Assembly: GCA_038245295.1 (NCBI GenBank) | Contig: JBBRSP010000004.1 | Location: 64,001 to 128,000 of the forward strand | Length of the DNA stretch: 64,000 nucleotides | Direction: 5' to 3' | Origin: Candidatus Binatia bacterium | GTDB taxonomy: Bacteria > Desulfobacterota > Binatia > HRBIN30 | Shown: positions 44,080 through 53,389 of the stretch, piece by piece | Position numbering within the stretch: position 1 is the first letter of the stretch | Layout of the letters: each line of letters starts with the position of its first letter | Program-made: the position numbers and the translations under genes | Notes under the pieces: generated by a model | What the model saw: the letters and a program-made list of their open reading frames with translations, nothing else | What the model was told of the DNA's origin: nothing | Databases searched by the model: none

Positions 44080-46125
44080 TTAGATCACGTACTCGAAGCG
44101 GAACTGGACATTGTCGCGATCCTTCAGCAAGCTGACGCCGCTGCCGCCCTTGAGCGTGTGCGCGTCAATGATGCTGTAGTCGATGCTGAAGCGGAAGGGA
44201 TCCTGAATCAGCGTGACGCCGGGCTGATACACGAACGAGCCGCCCCAATCATAGAAGAACACCATCTCGGGATTGATCGTGCCGCTGCGGTACGAGGTGG
44301 TGATGAACAAGGTCTGCAAGAATTGGTCGGCCGGTTCGGTGATGAACAACGGATCTAGGCGACCAACATTGGAGCCGCGCAGGAAGAAGTCCAGTTGGTC
44401 ACGGGTAATTGGCAGCACCTGGCGATGCGGATTGGTGATGGTGACCGTGCACGTTGGATCAGTCGAATTCGGATTGTTGCGGCAGGCGGCATTATCCTGA
44501 TTGCGCAGATGCAGCACCTCGGGACCGCTTTCGGCACCCTGGAGGTGTTTGTAGAAGAACTGCGTCGACATGAAGAAGGTTTGATTCGGATTGAGGAAGC
44601 GAATCCATTGGTCGTGGTCGAGCCCGAGAACGAAGTTGATGGAATCTGACCGCGCGCCGCCACCTGTCTGCGGCACGATGCCCTTGTCGATCTGCGAGCG
44701 GTACTGCGACCAGATATCGGGGTTCGACTTCACAGTCCGAGGATAGAACTTCGGATACATGTTGAAGAAAAACGGATCGATCTGTCCCTGGGTAAACGAC
44801 GGTTCTCCGTGGAAGAAGGCAAACTCCGAACGCACGACGCTGTAGAGAGAAGGCACCGCGAATGTCGACGAAACACCGGTAATCTGAACCCGTGGCGCAT
44901 CCTGGATCGTGTGAGCCGGCGCACCGCAGTGCAGGTTGTTCGGATCCTCGGGCGCGGAGCTATCAAACGGGCGGGTCGGACAAGGACGTCCGTCGTCGTG
45001 GGCGAAGAGCAGCGTACCCCGCGTGCCTGCGCCGGCGACCATGGTTGGCGGCCCGCCGTAGCCCGAGGTGCGGACCGAGAGACGCGGCGTGTCGAGATAC
45101 GTGTAGTAGTGGGCAATGCCGAATGTCGCGTCGAACACGTTGAATTTCAGGATGCCACCGCCGCGCGCCTCGCTGAACGTTCGTGACGGCGTATAACTAA
45201 AGTTCTTCGCCGCGATCGACGGCGCGCCCAGACTAGGCAAAGCCCAGGGTGAACCGGCGGGGGTACCGGGGGCAAAGCCGACCTGACTGTCGGCGGATAC
45301 GTATCCTTGGACAAACGCGTCGGTAAACGGTCCGGCGTTTCCCAGGTAGTACGTCGCCAGCAGCATATCGAGCGGTACGCGGCGTTCGTCGAGAGAAATC
45401 AGGAAGCCGCCGAACGAGCTGTCGACTGGATTGATCTGATCCATCAAACGAAAGCCGTCGGTCTCGCCCCAGGAGAGGATCTGCCGACCGATGCGCAGGG
45501 TGAGATCTCCAGCTTCGGTCTCGACGTAGGCCTGGAAGAGGCGTTCGCGGTCGGCCCCAAGGTTACGCAGCGCGCGCCGTTCGGCCAGCGTATCATGATG
45601 CTCCTGGGCGCCGACCACCTTGCCATTCTCGAACCCGCCGACGGCACCGTTGGGCAGGTCGTTTTTCGCCAGGAGCTTGAACTCCTGCGCCGTGCTGTAC
45701 TCGCGCGGGCCCCAATCATACAGGCCGTCGGCCTCGCCGCGGAACGTGGCATGGTACTTCAGGTTCTTCAGACGGAAAGGCAAACCGTTGATCAACGACA
45801 GAGGTCCGACGCCCTCCTTCACCAGGCGCATCAGATTGTGATCGAACTCCGCTTCGACGAAGAAGCGATTTTGCCGCAAGTGTCCGGCGTCGGAGCGTGG
45901 GAACGTGCCGCTATCGGAGATGTATGGAGTGCCGTCACCGGTCTTCTTGACGACGCTGTCGTGTGTCTGCTCGGTTCCGATGCGAGCGTTCACATACGAC
46001 CGCATCCCGAGCTTGATGTCTCCGTCCTTATCGAGCGAGATCGCCCGCGCCGTTGATCCAACCAACACGGCGCCCGCCAACGCGGCAGCGACCGTCCCTA
46101 AAGTCCTAAGCGTCAATCGCACCAT
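44080..46125 (-). CDS. DUF1302-family outer-membrane protein
   Basis: Signal peptide, RIGRQILSWGETD.F...D.INP.D, C-terminal DRDNVQFRFEYVI. Confidence 0.8.
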   Translation of the reverse strand: MVRLTLRTLGTVAAALAGAVLVGSTARAISLDKDGDIKLGMRSYVNARIGTEQTHDSVVKKTGDGTPYISDSGTFPRSDAGHLRQNRFFVEAEFDHNLMRLVKEGVGPLSLINGLPFRLKNLKYHATFRGEADGLYDWGPREYSTAQEFKLLAKNDLPNGAVGGFENGKVVGAQEHHDTLAERRALRNLGADRERLFQAYVETEAGDLTLRIGRQILSWGETDGFRLMDQINPVDSSFGGFLISLDERRVPLDMLLATYYLGNAGPFTDAFVQGYVSADSQVGFAPGTPAGSPWALPSLGAPSIAAKNFSYTPSRTFSEARGGGILKFNVFDATFGIAHYYTYLDTPRLSVRTSGYGGPPTMVAGAGTRGTLLFAHDDGRPCPTRPFDSSAPEDPNNLHCGAPAHTIQDAPRVQITGVSSTFAVPSLYSVVRSEFAFFHGEPSFTQGQIDPFFFNMYPKFYPRTVKSNPDIWSQYRSQIDKGIVPQTGGGARSDSINFVLGLDHDQWIRFLNPNQTFFMSTQFFYKHLQGAESGPEVLHLRNQDNAACRNNPNSTDPTCTVTITNPHRQVLPITRDQLDFFLRGSNVGRLDPLFITEPADQFLQTLFITTSYRSGTINPEMVFFYDWGGSFVYQPGVTLIQDPFRFSIDYSIIDAHTLKGGSGVSLLKDRDNVQFRFEYVI

Positions 46126-46205
46126 CGGGACCCCTCCTCTCACAACATGTGCGGGTTCCCTACGCCATCAGAACGCGACAGAGCAAGCATTAGTCGCACG
46201 TGAAA

Positions 46206-46228
46206 TTTTCGACGCGTCGCGTCGAAAA
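46206..46228. promoter_or_regulatory. Perfect palindrome, candidate operator
   Basis: TTTTCGACGCG-T-CGCGTCGAAAA, ~80 bp upstream of the DUF1302 start. Confidence 0.5.
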
Positions 46229-46603
46229 CACACGTCATTCCTCGCTCGAACGCGACCCGATCTGTCAGCGATACGCACCGTCAGACGTGTCGGGCTTGTC
46301 CGCCAACCGCATCAAATACACTGGAATATCAACCCATTTCGCATCGCATTACGAGATCACGCGAGCGTTTTCGGGCACACGGGTCTGAGCGCTAGGATAC
46401 GGCATCGGTGAACCTTCGACGTGCGCGGCACGCCCAGGCAAGCCGAGAAGATTTTGGAGGCAGGAGGCAATCAATGAGGAATTCGTGGTGGCTGCGTCGG
46501 GGTTTGCTCGTACGGATCGCTCTGGTTCAGATTCCGGAGCCGCCGTCGAACATGTCGTCGCGCACCGGCGCCTGGCTGATCGAGCTGCCGGGCGGGACGC
46601 GGA

Positions 46604-46897
46604 GAACTGCTGCAAGAGAACATACTTCCGCGGGTCGGAGGCAACAATCGATTCGGCCTTGGCGATGGCGCCGCTCATGCCGCGCGCCCCCTCCGTCAGC
46701 ACCAACTTGGCGCCGTAGGCGACGAGCAACTTTCGCCGCTCGACGCACATCGTATCCGGCATGGTCAGGGTGATCGGATAGACGCGCGCGGCGGCCACGA
46801 AAGCGAGTGCAATGCCGGTATTACCGCTGGTCGGCTCGACGAGCTCCTTACCGGGGCCAAGCAAACCGCGGCGCTCGGCATCCCACACCATGGCCGC
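46604..46897 (-). pseudogene. cysK: Internal fragment of cysteine synthase A
   Basis: [29 protein letters not shown]; lacks the N-terminal PLP-lysine segment and the C-terminal half. Confidence 0.88.
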
Positions 46898-47119
46898 GCA
46901 CAGGTTGACGAACGCGAAAGGCCATTCGCGCGTGTCGTCCATCACCCAACTCCAGGCGTCGACAAATTCCGGGATGTCATGCCGGTGCGGCGATTCACGA
47001 TGACGTAGAACACAGGCAACGGCATCGTCGAGCACGGCAAAGGCCAGGCGGTGCGCCGGCGAACTCTTGGTCTGCGCCGACGCGGCCAGTTGTGCCGGCA
47101 GCGTGGCGACATCTTCCAT
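46898..47119 (-). pseudogene. N-terminal fragment of a small conserved hypothetical protein, fused in frame to the cysK fragment
   Basis: [11 protein letters not shown]...W......WPFAFVNLC motif. Confidence 0.5.
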
Positions 47120-47173
47120 CTCGGGCTCGCGCCGACGCTTGCAAGGCGATGTTGCCGGCGCGGCCGCAGCCCG

Positions 47174-47251
47174 CAACGACTGGCGCAACTTGACGGCGCC
47201 GATCTCGGGCCCGAGCGCCGCGGTGAGTGGGGTGATCGAAAGTGAGCTCAT
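47174..47251 (-). pseudogene. N-terminal stub of a TauD/TfdA-family dioxygenase
   Basis: [26 protein letters not shown] resembles the TauD N-terminus (ITPL...IGAEI.GVDL); SD GAAGGA. Confidence 0.6.
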
Positions 47252-47363
47252 GGTACGTGGTCCTTCTGTTGAGTGGGCAGCCGAGTCGAAGCGCGACGCG
47301 TCACACCTCGTCCCAATCGTTGAGAAGTTGCGGCGTCGGCTGACGTGGGCTCGGGTCGGTGGA

Positions 47364-47468
47364 TTACTCGGGCAACGCTCTCGCGGCTCCAATCACGCTG
47401 CGGCTAATCTCGAGGCGGGTCGCGACTTCCCAGTCGATGGGTCGCAGCAGTTCAAATCGGTTGGTCAT
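47364..47468 (-). CDS. 34-aa small ORF or gene stub ([34 protein letters not shown])
   Basis: Strong SD AAGGAG; first ORF after the attenuator terminator. Confidence 0.35.
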   Translation of the reverse strand: MTNRFELLRPIDWEVATRLEISRSVIGAARALPE

Positions 47469-47531
47469 TTGTCTCTCCTTCAGTCGTCGCAGCTCCATGT
47501 CGGCAGCGACCGCGGCACAGGCGCCACGGCC

Positions 47532-47570
47532 AAAATGGAAAGGCCCGGGAGCAGAGACTCCCGGGCCTTT
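47532..47570 (-). terminator. Intrinsic terminator of the putative attenuator
   Basis: AAAGGCCCGGGAG-tctctg-CTCCCGGGCCTTT followed by CCATTTT. Confidence 0.85.
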
Positions 47571-47594
47571 AGAATTGCGATGATGAGTTCGAGA

Positions 47595-47693
47595 CTACGA
47601 AGAGGCGAGACCGAACGCGGCGCAATCCAGGGCTCGGGAGGACTCCCAGGCCTTGGTACAACAGCAGCAGCAGTTGATGCGCACAGCGTTCAC
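47595..47693 (-). CDS. Poly-cysteine leader peptide (M)NAVRINCCCCCTKAWESSRALDCAAFGLASS; alternative ATG start at 47705
   Basis: TGC TGC TGC TGT TGT at 47672-47658; ends 25 nt before the terminator; TTGACA at 47729-47724. Confidence 0.75.
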   Translation of the reverse strand: MNAVRINCCCCCTKAWESSRALDCAAFGLASS

Positions 47694-47876
47694 GAGCGGC
47701 TGCATCCGAAAACGAAGGTCGCGTGTCAATATCGTCTGGCGTGACTCGACAACAAATCTCGCAAGGGAGTGGCCGCTTCTGTCGGGCAGGGGCGCGGGCG
47801 CGGGCAAGAAAACACACCGTTCCCCTTGGCAGGTTCGCGCGCTTGCCCTTGCCCGACGCAGTCGGAACGCATCCGG

Positions 47877-49556
47877 CTACGACCAGCCTTTCGCCTCGTC
47901 ACTGACTTGGCGGATCGACTCGATCTGTTGCGCGATGGTTGGGAGGTTTTGCGTCAGCAACCGGTGCTCGCTGCGACGCGGGTCGATCTGGGTTTCGATC
48001 TTGATCGTCGCTGCAGCGCCGGCGGCGCGAGCGGCGATCTCCTCGACTTGCCGATTCGTCGTTGCACTGGCCGCCGCATTCGCCTGCAGGCCAACGTCAC
48101 TGATCCAAGCCGCCTGCGCAGCGACATCGGCGTCGAGCGTGGCTCCCTCCAATGTGGCGACGCCGGGCAGAAACCAATTGCGCCACATGGCGCGGCGCAA
48201 CAGACGCAGGCGACCACTCGTGGCTCGGACGTTGCGATCCTCCGTGGTCAGCCGCGCGATCGCCAATTCCGTGCGTGGACGTTCGCGCCCAACGAACTCG
48301 GCCGGGAACGCCGCGGCCAGATCGCGAACCCGGTGCAGGAAGGCGCGCAACGTGTTGCTGATACCTTCGGCGTATTCGCGATTTACCTTGGCCAGCTCGC
48401 GCTCCAAGCCGCCGAGGTGGCCGCTGCGCATCCAAGCGCGCGACGCGGCGCGAATCTTGTTTCGCAATTCGGTGGCGTTCTTCTTCGATCCGTCGATTGC
48501 TTCATGCGCAGCGCGCGCCGTCGCCGCTTCGAACTCGCGGAAGCGCCCATAGACAGCGTCGGATTCTTGCTGCGCCTGCGCTGTAACGAGATCGAGGCGC
48601 TCCTGTGCCGCGGCAATCTCCTCCACCAACTCCCGTTCGCGCTGGCGCAAGGGTTCTTGTACCCCCGCCAGGTATTGCTGCACACGTTTTGCGGTTTCGC
48701 GCAGCGACGCAACGTCGCGACCGGACGACGTCACAAACTTCGCTAACGCTTGAGTAAACGTCGCCAGCCCACTCTCGGCCTTGGCAATGACGTCGGCGCG
48801 ACCGGCAAATCCGGCGCGTGCATCCACAAGGAACAGCTCGTGCGCCCCGGCAACCTTTTCGCGCAGCGTCGCCGCATGCCGACTGCGCTCCGACGACGTC
48901 AGCTCGGCGCATGCCGTGTCGAGGTTCCAGACAACGAACATCTTGGTAAGGTCGCGCTGCAACCGTTCCATCAAGCGCCGCGTGAACTGTGTAAACAGCG
49001 CCGGGTAACGCACGACCAGGACCACGGCGTCGAGTGAAGCGAGCAGATCATTGGTCACCTTGTCGAACTGGTCGTCACTGCCGAGGCCTGGCGTATCGAG
49101 CAGATCGACCTGGCCGCCGAGCTGGAGAACGTCAGCGGGGGTTTCCACGACTACCTCGGCAACACCGGCACCTTCGCGCATGCGTTGTTCGAGCTCTGGG
49201 AGGCTATGCAGTTCATCTCCGCCGACGTGCCAAACGGTTTGTGAGCCGTAGGTGACCCGCACCGGCACGGAGGTCAGCGGATCAAAAGCCATGGGCGACA
49301 GACCAGCGCCGGCGATGGCGTTGATCAACGTCGACTTGCCGGCCTTGATTTCGCCGTAGAGGGCGATGCGAATGCGACGGCTCTCGAAGTCGTGGATCAT
49401 GCCGTCGAGTGTCTCCAGGGTTTCGCCCGGCAACAAATGTGCGTGCGGCGCCAGCGCCGCCCGTGTTTCGGCCAAGGCCTCCGCCATGGCCGTGGCGAGT
49501 ACTCCGTGAGCCCGTGCTTCCAATTGATGCGAGTCAAGTTTGCTGCGGTCTTCCAT
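47877..49556 (-). CDS. Bacterial dynamin-like GTPase
   Basis: GEIKAGKST (G1), P.T (G2), DTPG (G3), long helical C-terminus. Confidence 0.85.
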   Translation of the reverse strand: MEDRSKLDSHQLEARAHGVLATAMAEALAETRAALAPHAHLLPGETLETLDGMIHDFESRRIRIALYGEIKAGKSTLINAIAGAGLSPMAFDPLTSVPVRVTYGSQTVWHVGGDELHSLPELEQRMREGAGVAEVVVETPADVLQLGGQVDLLDTPGLGSDDQFDKVTNDLLASLDAVVLVVRYPALFTQFTRRLMERLQRDLTKMFVVWNLDTACAELTSSERSRHAATLREKVAGAHELFLVDARAGFAGRADVIAKAESGLATFTQALAKFVTSSGRDVASLRETAKRVQQYLAGVQEPLRQRERELVEEIAAAQERLDLVTAQAQQESDAVYGRFREFEAATARAAHEAIDGSKKNATELRNKIRAASRAWMRSGHLGGLERELAKVNREYAEGISNTLRAFLHRVRDLAAAFPAEFVGRERPRTELAIARLTTEDRNVRATSGRLRLLRRAMWRNWFLPGVATLEGATLDADVAAQAAWISDVGLQANAAASATTNRQVEEIAARAAGAAATIKIETQIDPRRSEHRLLTQNLPTIAQQIESIRQVSDEAKGWS

Positions 49557-50697
49557 CCTCGTTCCTTGCTGCGAAGTGCGGCATGACCTCGCGCGCGAAC
49601 AGCTCCATTGTCTTATACGCCTTGTCGCGGGGCATATCACCGGTCCGTCCGCCGCCGATGAACAGTCCAAAGCCAAGATCCTTTTGGATCTCCCGCAAAC
49701 GATCGGTGACGGTGCGAGGACTGCCGACCAACACGTAACCGCCCTTCTCCAATTCGGCGAACGACAGGTCTCCCGGCGTGCGCAACCCGGCGGCGAGAAA
49801 CTTTCGCAATGACTCTTCGGTGATGTAGCCCGGCGGCAACAAGAAGTTGGGCGGGATCTTTAGGCCGCGGCGGTACAGCCACAGCATATGCGGCGCCGCT
49901 TCCTCGCGCGCTTGCGCATCGGTCTCGGCGACATACGTCGGGATCGCGAAACCGATCTGCGACGGCGATGCCGTATAACCCGCCGCTTCGGCCGCCGCCT
50001 TGTACTCGTCGATGAGCCGTTTGGTTTGCGCGTACGAGGTGAACACGCTGATGAATGGATAGCGACGTTGCGCCGCCCAACGGATGGTCTCGGTGCTGCC
50101 TTGCGACGGCAACCAGATCGGCGGGTGCGGCTGCTGTAAGGGACGCGGCCAGATGTTGGCGTAGCGCACCTGGTAGTGCTCGCCCTCGAAGCTGAACGGA
50201 CCATCCTCGGTCCACGCGCGCAGAATCAAGTCGTGCGCTTCGTAAAAGCGATCGCGAGAGTAGGTCGGGTTGATGCCGAACGACACGTATTCGCAACCGA
50301 TGCCGCGCACGAAGCCGGAAATGATGCGGCCGCCCGACATGACGTCGAGCATGGCGATCTCCTCGGCGATACGCAGCGGGTGATCGCGCAGCGGCAAAGC
50401 GTTGCCGAGAATAGCGATCTTGGCGCGCGAGGTGCGACGCACCAGCGCCGCAGCCATCAGGTTCGGCGACGGCATAGTCCCGTAGGCGTTCTGATGATGC
50501 TCGTTTACAGCCAGGCCGTGGTAGCCGAGTGTCTCGGCGTACTCCATTTCGTCGAGGTACTCGTTGTAGAGCTCGTGACCGCGACGCGGGTCGTAGTACT
50601 TGTTCGACAGGGTCACCCATGACGAAGGATGGTTGCGGTCGAAGTCGTCCGGCAGGTGCGGCCACGGCATCAAGTGGAAATAGTAGAACTCGATCAC
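49534..50697 (-). CDS. LLM class flavin-dependent oxidoreductase
   Basis: NEHH, PLRIAEEIAMLD.MSGGR, P.QQPHPPIW, ELFAREVMPHF. Confidence 0.93.
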   Translation of the reverse strand: MIEFYYFHLMPWPHLPDDFDRNHPSSWVTLSNKYYDPRRGHELYNEYLDEMEYAETLGYHGLAVNEHHQNAYGTMPSPNLMAAALVRRTSRAKIAILGNALPLRDHPLRIAEEIAMLDVMSGGRIISGFVRGIGCEYVSFGINPTYSRDRFYEAHDLILRAWTEDGPFSFEGEHYQVRYANIWPRPLQQPHPPIWLPSQGSTETIRWAAQRRYPFISVFTSYAQTKRLIDEYKAAAEAAGYTASPSQIGFAIPTYVAETDAQAREEAAPHMLWLYRRGLKIPPNFLLPPGYITEESLRKFLAAGLRTPGDLSFAELEKGGYVLVGSPRTVTDRLREIQKDLGFGLFIGGGRTGDMPRDKAYKTMELFAREVMPHFAARNEDGRPQQT

Positions 50698-51485
50698 GGC
50701 TTGGCCTCGCTCTCCTGCTTCAAAAAGGCGATGGCGTGCGCCAAAAAAGCTTCGCTTTGCTCAAACGGTGGGAAGTGTCCGCAGCGTGGCAGGACCGTCA
50801 AGCGCGCCCCCGGGATCAACCGGGCATACGCCTCGCCATGCGGCAGCGGTAGGAATGCATCATCCTCGCCCCACACGACGAGTGTTGGCGCGGTGATTCG
50901 ACCAAGGCGACGAGCCAGCTTCGGGTTGTACATGTAAGGGTTCCACGTCAGTCGCGCCAAGGTGGTCGTCTCCCGGTAGGCACGCACGATGACCTCCGGA
51001 CCGAGGTCCGTCGTCACCAGCTGCGGCCAGCGCGTCTGATCGTAGAACAATCGCTGCAAGGTCTCCTCGATGGGATGCGTGAAGACGTCGAACCGGGTGA
51101 CACCGTCGACCTTCAATCCGGCGGCATCCACCAAGACCAAACGCTCGACACGCCGCGGGAACCAACTGGCAAATTCGGCAGCGATCCAGCCGCCGAGCGA
51201 CAGACCCATGATAGAGACACGTTCAAGCCCGAGGGTATCGAGGAGGTCGGCATAGTGCAGCACCAGGTCATCGATGCCCGAAAGCCACTCCGGTCTCTCA
51301 CTTGGGCCGAAGCCGAGATGATCGGGAGCGATCACCTGGAAACGCGCCGCAAGCGCATCGTGGTAGGGAAACCAACGATTCGAAGCGAACTGCGGCGGTA
51401 GAACTACGAGCGGCGCACCGCGACCGCCGCGCAGAAGGTGCGTGTTCACGCCGCGCACGGAGATCATCTCACTGCGATACGCCAT
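50694..51485 (-). CDS. Alpha/beta-fold hydrolase
   Basis: GLSLGG, WGEDD, CGH; GTGA overlap with the LLM gene. Confidence 0.9.
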   Translation of the reverse strand: MAYRSEMISVRGVNTHLLRGGRGAPLVVLPPQFASNRWFPYHDALAARFQVIAPDHLGFGPSERPEWLSGIDDLVLHYADLLDTLGLERVSIMGLSLGGWIAAEFASWFPRRVERLVLVDAAGLKVDGVTRFDVFTHPIEETLQRLFYDQTRWPQLVTTDLGPEVIVRAYRETTTLARLTWNPYMYNPKLARRLGRITAPTLVVWGEDDAFLPLPHGEAYARLIPGARLTVLPRCGHFPPFEQSEAFLAHAIAFLKQESEAKP

Positions 51486-51538
51486 CGCCGCCGTTATAGG
51501 GGTGGCGTACGCCGGGGTTCAAGCAGGCAGATTGGCGA

Positions 51539-52366
51539 TCAGCGCGCCACGCAGGCCAGGAATGTGGCCACCGCCGACTCAAAGCCACCTGGATTGTCGA
51601 GCATGAGGTGATGATGAGCCCCGGGCACCTCGGCCACCGACGCGTGCGGAAGAGCAGCTTGGATGGCTCGCAGTCGCTCAGGGGTGAGCACAGCGCTGAG
51701 CTCGCCGCGCACGAAAAGAATCGGGCAGCCAAGTTGACGCAGCGGTGGCAGCAGGTCCACTGGCTCGAACTGTTCCATCGTCGCACGGTCGAATTTCAGG
51801 CTCCAGCCACCGCTTTCCATCTGCCGAATCGAAGCCGCCGCGATGCGTGCGATGTGCTCGGGTGCGGCACAGGTCTGTTTCGGGAGCAGGACGAAGCGAC
51901 GCATGGCGGACTCGTGATCACCCAACTCGTCAGGCACGAACTGCCGCAATCGCCGCATGTACCGCGCGCCACTTTCGTTCATCCGCAACCCCGTATCGAC
52001 GACGACTAGCGAACCAAGCAAGGTCGGCGCTTGGGCCGCGACGGCGGCGGCAACCATACCGCCGAGCGAGTGCCCGACAAGGTGAAAGGCCGGCCACGCA
52101 TGCTGCGTCGCCAGACTCTGTAGATCGGCCGCATAGTCGGCGATGCGGTAGGCTGGCGGTGTGACATGGGCACTATCACCGTGACCGCGCAGATCGAGGG
52201 CTATGACACGAAAGCGGTCGGCAAACGCCGTGGCAAAGTCATCCCACCAGCCCGCGTGGGCCGACGAGCCGTGCAGCAAGACGACCATCGGAGCCGTGGC
52301 GACACCCCACTCGCGGTAGTGCAGCGTTACTCCGTTGACCGTCACATGATGGTCGCTCCCATGCAT
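51539..52366 (-). CDS. Alpha/beta-fold hydrolase
   Basis: LLHG, DLRGHGDS, GHSLGG, AHHH. Confidence 0.9.
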   Translation of the reverse strand: MHGSDHHVTVNGVTLHYREWGVATAPMVVLLHGSSAHAGWWDDFATAFADRFRVIALDLRGHGDSAHVTPPAYRIADYAADLQSLATQHAWPAFHLVGHSLGGMVAAAVAAQAPTLLGSLVVVDTGLRMNESGARYMRRLRQFVPDELGDHESAMRRFVLLPKQTCAAPEHIARIAAASIRQMESGGWSLKFDRATMEQFEPVDLLPPLRQLGCPILFVRGELSAVLTPERLRAIQAALPHASVAEVPGAHHHLMLDNPGGFESAVATFLACVAR

Positions 52367-52432
52367 GAGGCCCGCCTAGCGACGACGCCGACGGGTTTGC
52401 AACCGGGTCGGCCGGCGGGTAAGCGGGCCGAC

Positions 52433-53389
52433 ATGGCGATCGAGATGCAATGTGGCGACTATCGCGGCTGGCCGAACACCTATCGTCTCACCAACGGCGT
52501 CGTCGAGGCACACGTACTCAGCGACGTCGGCCCACGCATCATCGACTTCCGCCTGGTCGATCATGACAACATCCTGTACGTGCGTGACAGCGAAGCGGGG
52601 CGGTATGGCGAGCCGGAGTTCGTACAACGCGGCGGCTGGCGTTTGTGGGTGGCACCGGAACGCCGCGAAACAACCTATGCGGCCGACAACAGCCGCTGCC
52701 ACACAGTGACGATGGGCGATACATTGCGTGTCACCGGTGCGGTGCAACCCGCGGCCGGCATCCAGAAGGAACTTGACGTATCCGTCGACCCGACGACCGC
52801 CACCTTGCGGATCATCGCTCGCGTGTACAATCGGTCGGATCGTGTTCTCACCTACGCCCCATGGAGCTTGCCGGTACTACGCCCGCGCGGCCGCGCCTTC
52901 ATTCCCCTCGACCGCGGTGCCGTCGACGCTTTCGATGCAACGAGGAGATACATTCTGTGGAGTTACACGCGGATTGCCGATCCTCGCTATCGCTTCGGCG
53001 ATCAGCTCATTGAGATCGACCATGCGACGGTCCGAGCGGGCGCGCCGGGCCTCGGACGGCGCTCCGATGAGAGCAAGATCGGTTGCGATTCCAGTCAAGG
53101 ATGGGCAGCCTATCTGGTCGATTCGCAGCTTTTCGTAAAGCGCTTTCGCCATGTCGCTGCAGGCCATTACGTCGACGGCGGTTCCACAATCGAAGTCTAC
53201 TCGAGCGCCGAGTTCTTGGAGCTCGAACACCTTGGCCCGCTCACATCGATTGCGCCGGGCGAGCATACCGAGTTGGAGGAAGAGTGGTGTCTCTACCCCG
53301 ACGTGGTCATCCCGCGCGAAGAATCCGGGGCCCTCGACGCCCTGCGGCCCTATGCCTTTGCCTCGGGCCAGGCTTCCTCGGCGGCGTGA
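52433..53389 (+). CDS. DUF4380/galactose-mutarotase-like hypothetical protein
   Basis: DVGPRI, GGWRLWVAPE, ELE.LGPL..I.PG....EEW. Confidence 0.65.
   Translation: MAIEMQCGDYRGWPNTYRLTNGVVEAHVLSDVGPRIIDFRLVDHDNILYVRDSEAGRYGEPEFVQRGGWRLWVAPERRETTYAADNSRCHTVTMGDTLRVTGAVQPAAGIQKELDVSVDPTTATLRIIARVYNRSDRVLTYAPWSLPVLRPRGRAFIPLDRGAVDAFDATRRYILWSYTRIADPRYRFGDQLIEIDHATVRAGAPGLGRRSDESKIGCDSSQGWAAYLVDSQLFVKRFRHVAAGHYVDGGSTIEVYSSAEFLELEHLGPLTSIAPGEHTELEEEWCLYPDVVIPREESGALDALRPYAFASGQASSAA

Noticed and set aside
46349..47392. Intact 347-aa cysteine synthase
   Set aside because: Only ~98 aa resemble CysK and the PLP lysine region is missing; the rest comes from unrelated fragments
47653..47676. CAG microsatellite or poly-Gln ORF on the plus strand
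   Set aside because: Better explained as minus-strand Cys codons: it mixes TGC and TGT synonymous codons and is tied to attenuator hairpins and sulfur genes
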